A stretch of 61,331 bases of DNA, filler included, from Jimgerdemannia flammicorona (taxonomy: Eukaryota), in NCBI GenBank assembly GCA_003990765.1. It is 2 parts of 2 records of this genome, joined end to end, with 100 filler letters (N's around TTAATTAATTAA, not from the genome) between each part and the next. Parts side by side here need not be neighbours in the genome. Positions count along the whole stretch, not along the records: positions 30,718 to 61,331 come from RBNJ01000435.1; 1 more part is not named here. One strand, 5' to 3'. The notes under the pieces are model-generated. The model did no database searches. It was not told the origin of the DNA and saw only the letters and a list, made by a program, of their open reading frames with translations. Every line of letters starts with the position of its first letter. Position 1 is the stretch's first letter. The position numbers were made by a program, and so were the translations under genes. Shown here in pieces: positions 52,425 through 61,331 of the stretch.

Positions 52425-55400
52425 AGTATTTCAAATTTTCAATAAGATCTCAAATATAGAGTAGAGAGAAGAGAGAATATTATTTATTAATCCAGATAGT
52501 ATATATTTATATATCAAGCAATATATCTTAAAGATAATATAGCTATATATAAGTCATATTATCAAGATATCAAAATAATAGAAATTTAAATACTCCTACT
52601 TAATGAGATAATATATAAGAATGCAATATAAGCTAGAATATAATATAACTAAGCAATAACTATAAAATAACTACAAATATACTAAAATAATACTATCTAT
52701 CTATATTTAAAATATAAGAAATTATAGTAAAAATAAAGAATATAGATAGATCCTAATAGTAGAAAATCTCAAATGTAAAAGAAGAAAAAAAGAAAGAACC
52801 AGTAAATAACTGTAATATAATACTTAAAGAGAGAGATATAGTATTGTTTTTCTACTTTTTTTTTATTATAAAATATCCTATAATTACTCATTACTTATTA
52901 CTGGTATATATATAGTTTTATTACTAATATATAGTTTGCTATAAAAATTAGTATATTGTTGGAATTTAGGTCCTGAAAGAACTTTGGTAACCAAATTAGT
53001 AATTATATATTCTATAGAGATATTCTAAGTATATAGTTCTGTTTTCTATATATTCTCTTATTTTTTTTTTTTTTTTTTTTTTTTAAGTCACTTAGACTTG
53101 CTATTTATTACCAGTCTATTAATATAGTTACATTATCTTCTCTCACTACCCAATTCCCATAGAGGAGCCCCCCCTTACATCTTTATGCTTGAATACTATT
53201 CTACCACCTACTACCCAAACTCTCTTCCTACTCTATCAATAGATTTTCTCTACTAAGCAATACTACTGACCACCCTGCAGACTCCAATCTAACCACCAGT
53301 CTGTCAGAATGTCCTCCATCAACCCTTCCCATCTCAACAGCCATACTCCTAAACCCAAATACCTCTCTTTCTTGAAAACAAACAATCAGTGACCTGCTAG
53401 CTCCACCCAAATCACTAATATCCAACCTATTGTAAGCTACTCTTTTCCCACCCTCTCCACCAATCTATCTCTCAAATCCTCCCACTGACCCCTCTCACCA
53501 TCTCTCTTATATATGATACCGAATTGATCTCTAACTGCTAGCCAAAAATTGCTAAGTACCTCACACTCTTTTAGCCAATGTTCTAGCATCTGCACAAATT
53601 CCCCTTCCTGTTCTACATTATAGTACTCCTCACAGTCAAAACTACCCCCCTCTACAAGATAGTCAGAGTGAAAGTTGAGTATGATATTCCTCTATAGTAT
53701 ATACTATCAGACCACCCAGTACTTCATTGGCAGCCATTGTTATGCCTCAGCACTCCAGGCCCAGACTCTATTCTAGTCCCACTTCTCTCTGATTCCAGTC
53801 AACTGCCATCCACTGGGCCATAAATCCTGTCCTAGTCCTCTGGCACTTGACCTTATTACCAATATCAAAATCAATTAGAGGGACACCCCCCAACAACACT
53901 TTGTTCTATCTCTACATTACTGGGCCCTAAGACATCTCTTCTTTATTTCTTCTCTAGTAGATTCCAATGTGATGTACCCCATCTACTACCCCCCACCAGA
54001 AGTCTTTATACTATATATGCCTATTATTCTGAAGTTCAACCAAGAATAGTAGATCTCCTGTAGAGCCTCTTGACAAGAACCTCATCTCCCAAACCTTCCT
54101 CATCAGAGAAACCCAGCCACCCTCTTACAGCTCTACAGCTCTCTTCAGTTATTATACTCTCAGGCAGTGTAGTCTCTTTGGAAAGTCAATCAGCCCAAGA
54201 CCCCCTCTAGCCACTGGCAAAGACAAGATTTCCCAGCTAATCTGACTCCTTCTCCTAGCCCAGATCTATCTCTTGGCCAGTTTCAACAGTCTCTTATCAC
54301 TTAGGCTGGGAAGTCTAGATAATAAGCCAAATATCACAACTTTGGTAGCCAGTAGATATTCAAAATTGAAATACACCCCACCAGAGATAAGTGGTATTCT
54401 CTCTAACTCTGCAGGGCCTCCCCCCAGATTGCAACCCACTGCTCCTACCAAGGTCTCAGTAAGACTGACCCATACACTGACAGATAGATGTCCAAGTAAT
54501 ATACCACCTCTCTAGCAGGGACAATTGTTCCAATGACATCCCCTCCTACCAAACCATTGCCCAATATTATTATTTCACACTTATACCAATTGAGTTTAGC
54601 CCCAGAGTGTGCCTCATACCACTCTACTATCTCTTTGAGTTTCTTGATATCTATGATTGATCTCAGGCCAACCACTATATTGTCTGCAAAGGCTCCGACT
54701 TTCTACCCAATCCTAAATACTGAGAGCCCAACTATCTTCTGCCAAATTCTATCCATCAAAGGCTTCAAGAAAAGAATATACAAAATGAAGGACAGTGGGT
54801 CTCTCTTGGAGACACCCTACCCAGGAGGAATACCACCCCTCTATATCTATTGCACATGAGTACAGCTCTACTCCCTTCCAGTAGGCTGATCATTACCACT
54901 CAGAACTAGTAAGGGACACTAATCCTATTCAATATCTTTGCTAACCAGACCCACCAAACATAGTTATATGTCTTCTCCTGATCCAGGAAAACCAGTTGCC
55001 CATTCAGTCCACAGACTCATAACTCTTCAATAATGCTATGTACCCAAGCCATACTATCTCTAATGAGTCAGCCCCCTATAAAGTCCTACTGCTCCTCACC
55101 CAAGACTTACTGAGCTACTTTCTGCAGTCTTGCTACCACTACCTTAGTAATCAACTTTCTGTCCATATCTAGAAGCATGATCAGCTACCAGTTCTTCCAG
55201 TTCTCTCTTCTGCTCTTATTCTTATAGAGCAGTACCAACAGCCCCAGATCCTGCTCACCCACTCATCTCTCTGACTGTAGTATCAAGTCACAAAGCTCCA
55301 TCAACTCTCTCAATACTCCAGGGACTCCCACCATCTTCTTCCAAAAGTCCCAGAGCAGACCATCCTCCCCTGGTGCTATGCTCAGTATAGTCACAACAAG

Positions 55401-56620
55401 AACCTGGTAAATCTCCTCCTCCTGTACAGGCATTGCCAAGCTGTACAGCCCTTTTGCTTGTGGTGGGTGCTAATCTTCCAAGGTCTGATCAATAGTGGCA
55501 GCATCTGCCCCACCCTCCTCCTCACTCCACAAACCACTCCACCTCTCCTTTAACAATCTGAGAATGTCTTGAATACTATATACCAGCTGACCATCAGAAT
55601 CTAATACTCTCTCCCACCTCTGCTTTACTCTCCTCACTCAAAGAGCTCTTATAAGATACTTAGAGGGCCTCTCCCCTTCTTTCAACCTCTGCCAATATAA
55701 CTGCACTACTACACTCTGCACCTGCACCTCCTCCTCCTTCTGCAACATCTGTTGTAACTCCCCAATCTCCATTTTTGCCCACAACAGTCTCCAGTCCTCC
55801 ACCCTCTCTAGGGCCAATAGACTAGCCTAATCTTCCAGAAGCCTAGCCAATCTAGCAGAAGCCCACATCACCCTCTTCTTCCTCTATCTTCCAGCCATCT
55901 TGTCAGCCTCACTCCAGTAGGCCCTAGCAGCCTCTTTTATTCTCATCCACCAGACACTAACTGGGACTCCTTCCTGTATCCAACCTTATACCCTCTGCTG
56001 AATGTCCTCAGTCCACTTGTCCTACTGCATCTTATTGTCCAACAAAGAGGAATTGAGGTGCCAATGTCCAGGCCCATCTCTACTCCCCCCAAAATGTCTC
56101 TGTTCTAGCAGTCTCTAATAATCAGACCACAGATACCACTCAGTCTCCAGTGACTTCCAAACACCCAATCCTCAGCAGTTCACTGTCAGAATTCAGTCAA
56201 TCCTTGTCCCTAGGCTCTATATATTCTCTTATATAATAGTATTATATATTAATATATTTAGTTCTATTGTGATGAATAGAGTTCTTTACCATAGCAATTA
56301 TAGACTGATTATTCTGATAAATAAGTATAGAGTACTATTTCTGATCAAATCTAAGTTTTTTTAATAACTGGTATAGCTAAATGGCTTTTTTTATTACTGT
56401 AGATAGTACTTAATACTCTGCTTATAGGATAATATTACTGCTGAACTCTGTTTATATATTTACTATAAAACAACTTCTTTATCATTTAACTAAAAGAAGT
56501 ACCCAGTTATAGATCAGTAATCATCTAAGTCTCTGACCCAATCAGTATTATATATGCTAGATAGTTGTATACCATTGCTCTTATTCAATCTACTAAGAGT
56601 AAACATATAGTATATTATTT
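52425..56620 (-). mobile_element. Decayed copia 3' end (RNase H, PPT, LTR) interrupted by a LINE
   Basis: Reverse-complement homology to 40540-41640; PPT at ~52593-52603. Confidence 0.8.
53061..56215 (-). mobile_element. 5'-truncated LINE (third subfamily) with poly(A) and 16-bp TSD
   Basis: T24 tail at 53061-53084; TSD tctatatattctctta (53045-53060 / 56216-56231); RT and APE C-terminal remnants. Confidence 0.92.
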
Positions 56621-56669
56621 CTTTAATATATATATCTATATATATTTAGATATGATATATATGTATATC

Positions 56670-57749
56670 CTCAATAAAAGCAATACTAATCAATATAAGT
56701 TCAAGTTAAAAGCTGATAAATATGTATATATTTCTTGAGTATTCTGGTAAGATATATAGGTTCTGAAATATTAAAAAATAGTATATAGTTATTTTATATA
56801 ATATATAGTTTAGAGAAAAAGAAAATTAAAAATCCCATATAGATATACTTATCAGGACTTCTATATCTCAATCAGTGTAATAGCTAATACTAGTTTTTCA
56901 ACTATTATCTACTTCTCCAGTAGTGGATCAAAATTATTTTCAACTATTATATATAAGAACTAAGAATAATAGAGATCAAAAATGAATATAACAGTAAACC
57001 CTCTAGTAATAAGGGATCTATAAAGAGAAACAAATGCAAAAATGCTCTAATATTTATCAAGAGACTCATTTTAATTTAGAAAATTATTAGAATATACCAG
57101 TAAGCCCCAGATATTAATAAGAATATAAGAACTATATAAGCTATACTAATATATATAAATATATATATTATAACTTCGGGTATGTAAGTCAAATATATAT
57201 AATGAAGCTATAACTAGTCCTAATAGTAAGAAATAGAAGTAAGTTATAAATGAAGAATATAATTTACTCATCTAGAACAATTTATGAGATTTAGTATCTC
57301 TTCTGCCAAATTATTAAATAATTAGATCAAAGTAGATCTATAAAATTAAGTATAAGAGTGATAGAAGTATAGAGTAGTATAAAGCTCATTTTATTGTCAA
57401 GAGATATTTACAAGATTATAGTATAAATTATGATGAAATATTTTTACCTATATTCAAACTTACTTCATTAAGAATACTTCTTATAATTGATATACTATAT
57501 AATCTAGACATTTATCAGATAGATATTAAGATAGTCTTTCTCAACAGTAATATAGATATCAAGCTATAAATTCATCAACCAGAAGAGTATAAACTATATA
57601 ATAATCAGAATAGTGATCTTCTATATAAATTATATAAAGAATTATATATTATCAAGTAAGTAATATATCTATAGAATAAAAGAATCAATAAACATCTTCT
57701 TGATAATAGATTTATATATTACAAAATAGACAACTATATATATATATAT
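56670..57749 (+). mobile_element. Decayed copia RT fragment
   Basis: Homologous to 31300-31439 + 39001-40100 but lacking the gypsy and MITE insertions, so it shows the empty sites. Confidence 0.85.
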
Positions 57750-58980
57750 TGTAACATGCCTGGCTCAATAGAGGTAAATTATAAAGTTGGAGATTGATGT
57801 AGTTTGACTTGAGCCCCCAGTTACTTTGTTCAAAAGCAACAAAATGTTTTAAGATTCCTGAGATCCTTATTGGTGTTTAGTGATATAATAGTCAATCTGG
57901 ATATAATGATCAATTTTGTTGGGTTTCCTTATTGGGATGGTTCTCTGGATATAGCAGTAATTTGTGTAAATAGGTTTTCTTCTTAGGTCAACTGGAAATT
58001 AGTAGAATCTTATGTATAGTATGATGATCTCTGTGTATGATGGTCTGGCAATTTAGCAGTTCTCTTTCTTGAGTAGTGGGTGATTTCTTTGTATAGTATG
58101 ATGATCTCTGTATGTGATAGTCTGACAATTTAGCAGTCCTCCTTCTTGAGTAGTAGGTGATTTCTTTATGTAGCACGACAATCTCAAAAAGTGTGTGATT
58201 ACTGGACAATGATCTCTGTATAGCATGGCAGTTTCCTAAAACAGTAACTTACTGGAAATTATTCTGGTGACAATGTAGATAAACTTCTATAACTGACAAA
58301 GTTATATAAGAAACCAACTTCATTTATATAAAGTTATATTAAGTACTATCTTCACTATAAAGTTGTATCAAAATAGACTAACTTTGTAGCAAGATTTCTA
58401 TAGTAGACTTTTCATGAAAATAATAGCTCTTCCTTAAGTAGTGGATTATTCTTCAAATAATAGACCGATGATAAAGACGTGGAAACTGCTGCAAGACTGG
58501 TCTAACCACCAAAAAAAAATCTGTCCCTATTCATATGAAACGACAGACGATGCCTATACTGCTTTATTTGCACAACTCACACATTTACAATCCGCACAAC
58601 CACTCTCACATCGAAGGAATATTCCACCGCAAATTAGCCCTTCAATAGTTTTTTTTTCATAAATAGTAGATTTCTCAAAAGGCAGCAAAGTTCTTCACTT
58701 GAACTTGGATAGTAAATACTCTTAAACTCAGACTTATTCTTTATATTAAAAAGTAGACAAGAGTGGAAAATAGCTTACAACTTCTTGGCAGTAGCTTATT
58801 AGTAGGTTTTTTCTCTTAAATATATCAGATAATTGGCTTTTGCTTTTGATTTTTAAAGTGAGATTTATTCACTCTTATCTTTAAGATATTTTATTCAGAT
58901 TGGTTACTACTTAGTTGCTATATAACTAACTATAGATTTACTATTCTTAATAACATTTAGATATATTCTCAGAGATATAG
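57750..58980 (-). mobile_element. Gypsy LTR (partial) carrying a ~196-bp foreign insert
   Basis: TGTAACATGCCTGGCTCAAT terminus at 57750; colinear with the other LTR copies. Confidence 0.85.
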
Positions 58981-59051
58981 TATATCTATAAGAATATAAT
59001 GTGTTTATATTAATATATATATTTATAGGAATACAGGCAAACATGGCGACT

Positions 59052-61331
59052 TTTCACTAGTAACATTCGGGTGACACAAGACTCAGACAATACTTTTTAC
59101 AATGTTTTTGGTGTCTGATGACTAACAACATAGATGGCAATGATCAAACTGGTGAGCGTACTGGCCAGGAGAGTGATGGCACCTTTGGCTGGCAGCAGGT
59201 GGGGAGGAGGGGAGATGGTTTGGGAATACCAGGGGCCTCGATGGCTAGCCGAGACCCTGGTGGCAGAGGAAGGGGCAGTCTGAGGCAGAGAGGAGGAGAG
59301 AGGTCAACCTTTGCTGATAAGGTCAGAATGGAGAAGATGGCTTCTGGGCTAGATGGTTGGCTGGGCCTGGGGAAGGCATCGATGGCTACTGCTGGGGGTC
59401 AGGGAGGTGCACCCTGGGGTACTTCTGGTGGTAGGGAAGGGGCCAGAGTAGGGGCTGGAGATGTGACTGTTGATAGGGCTGTGACTGGGGATCTGGCAAA
59501 AAATCCAGATGTGATGGTGGTTGGCAATTCGGGACTTGGAGTGGGCATGAGGCCCAGGGACCTGGCTGATAGGGTGACGGGCATGGTGTTGGCCCCATTA
59601 CTCAAGAAGTCAAGGTCAGAATTTGTGGTCATGATGTGCTTCCAGGGCTTGGCAGTGATGGCGAGGATGATTTTGGAACTGGTGGTACAGAAGGCTAAGG
59701 GAGCAGTGTCAGTGAAGTTCTTGAGGGGAAAGGAAGGGGTTGAGGTGGGGTTTGAGGAGGAAGATGCCTTGTTGGCAGCCATGGAGAAGGGGGTGATGGT
59801 TGGCGGTGTTGTGGTCCCTATGGCCCGGTGCATGTGCTGGGACCCCCGAGTGGTGCAGTTGACAGTGTTGGACCTCCCGACTGTGTCAAAGGAAAGGACC
59901 AGGGAGTTGGTTGTGGAGGTGGTCAAGAAGTATGGCAAGATTGTGGATGTTGGGTTCAAGGTCTGGGAGGGCACAGAGCTTAGGACTGGCAATGTTGATA
60001 TCAGGGTGAGGCTGGCTGGGAAGGAGAATATGGGAAAGTCGAGGGACTGGCCTGCAGCACTGAGGTGGGGACTGGTGGAGTGTAAGGTCACCAGGGTGAA
60101 GGAGACTCCAGAGGAGGAGGAGGACCTGTTGGAGGCTCTGGAGGACCTGGAAGGGGCAGTGGCAAGGAGGAGATTGGCCTGGAAGGAGTTTGAGGCCAGG
60201 ACAGTAGTGGAGGAGGTGGATGGGAAGAGGATCTGAATGGAGAAGGGGGCCTGGGAAAAGATGCAGGGGAGGAGGATCCAGAAGGAGCTGTTGGTGAAGT
60301 TGGGTGGGGGTGGGGCTGGTGGAAGCTCAGGGGAGGGAGTTGCAGGGTCGCGGGAGAGCACATGGGCTGAGGGGGGAGAGATGGCCCAGGGCAGAGATCG
60401 GATTGGAGGTGGGGAGGGGAGGGAGGACAATTTGGAGGTGGATGCCGAAATGGGTGAGAGTGTGAACCCTCAGTATAGTGTTCCGGATGGGGCAGAGGGA
60501 GAGGAGGAGCTGATGGATGTGCCAGATGAGAAGTGGGATGAGTCGGTGAGAAGGAGCATGCTGGTGGACCCTGAGGTGGATGGAGGACAAATTACTCAGG
60601 GGGTGGCAGAGGCAGTAGATGAGGAGAAGTGGATGTAGAAGACCTTGGAAGGGGTAGCAGCTGAGGAGCTGGGGGGTGAGGACTTCAGGGTGTTGGAGGA
60701 GAAGTATTGGGAGGAGATCTTATGGGGGGAGGAGGTGGTGAGAATGATGAGGAATGAGATCCTGGCAGTCCTCCTGGAGTCAGTTGAGTATCAGGTTGAT
60801 GATCAGCAGGAGGAGGAACTTAGGAGGATTGCGAGTAACAGAGCACTTTTCTTGTGAAATTCAAGGAAGGGACTGGAGAAGTGGCGTGCTGTCTGCTTGG
60901 ACTATAGGGCTGATATGGAGGAGGAAGTGGACAGGGTGGAATGTCAGGAAATCTTGAGAGCACTGGATGCTCAGGATAATGCTGAGGGTGAATTGGAAGC
61001 TGAGTGGTGCTTGGATCTGGTGGAGGATGAGATGAGCATGGAATTATAGGTTGGAGTCTCTATTGCAACATTTCTTCAATATGAACAGTACAACTAGGAT
61101 TTTCTCATTGAACATTAATGGGCTATGGGGTCGGCTAGGAGGAAGTATATATTTGATTGGCTTAAGGGACTGGATGCAGACCTCTTCTTACTGCAGGATG
61201 TTTGTTATGAGGCAGATGTGGACTTACAGGATTGGACTAAGGAATGGGGGGGTGCAGCATTTTGGAGGGGGGAAGTGTGTATTCTTGTTCAGAAAGGGAT
61301 GGGGGACATTGTGAACATTGGACATTGGGGG
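59052..61331 (+). mobile_element. LINE 5' half (5' UTR, ORF1 from 59118 with stops, ORF2/APE start at 61081); same family as 1-5492
   Basis: High identity to the reverse complement of 3290-5492; 'MNSTTRIFSLNINGL'. Confidence 0.93.

Noticed and set aside
59399..60430. Long Ser/Pro/Thr-rich ORFs (also 1852-2664 and 4453-5145)
   Set aside because: Antisense to LINE ORFs; a by-product of the C-rich strand.

Overview
Eukaryotic, most likely fungal, genomic DNA; an early-diverging (Mucoromycota-like) lineage is an inference from gene style and TE content. Two CpG-normal gene islands (~10.2-21.5 kb, ~47.1-50.7 kb) sit among nested, C>T/G>A-decayed transposons. Island 1 holds an intact 3-exon cytochrome P450 flanked by two broken paralogue pieces and a 4-exon secreted S8 subtilisin. 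Island 2 holds an F-box-like gene. The TE blocks contain four L1/Tx1-type LINE copies, a Ty3/gypsy-type LTR family (tRNA-Pro-type PBS, 4-bp TSDs, solo LTRs, one complete gag-protease-only element), several decayed copia elements, a hAT-type MITE, and a complete Ngaro-type tyrosine-recombinase retrotransposon (21759-27374) with A1...B1-A2-B2 split repeats. The most striking signal is in the 3' non-coding region of that Ngaro element: a well-preserved U6 snRNA-like sequence with a non-U6 3' end, embedded in a duplicated structured repeat and followed by a degenerate type III hammerhead-like motif. An artificial N/TTAATTAATTAA linker at 30618-30717 means contiguity across it is not assured. Boundaries of decayed elements are approximate.
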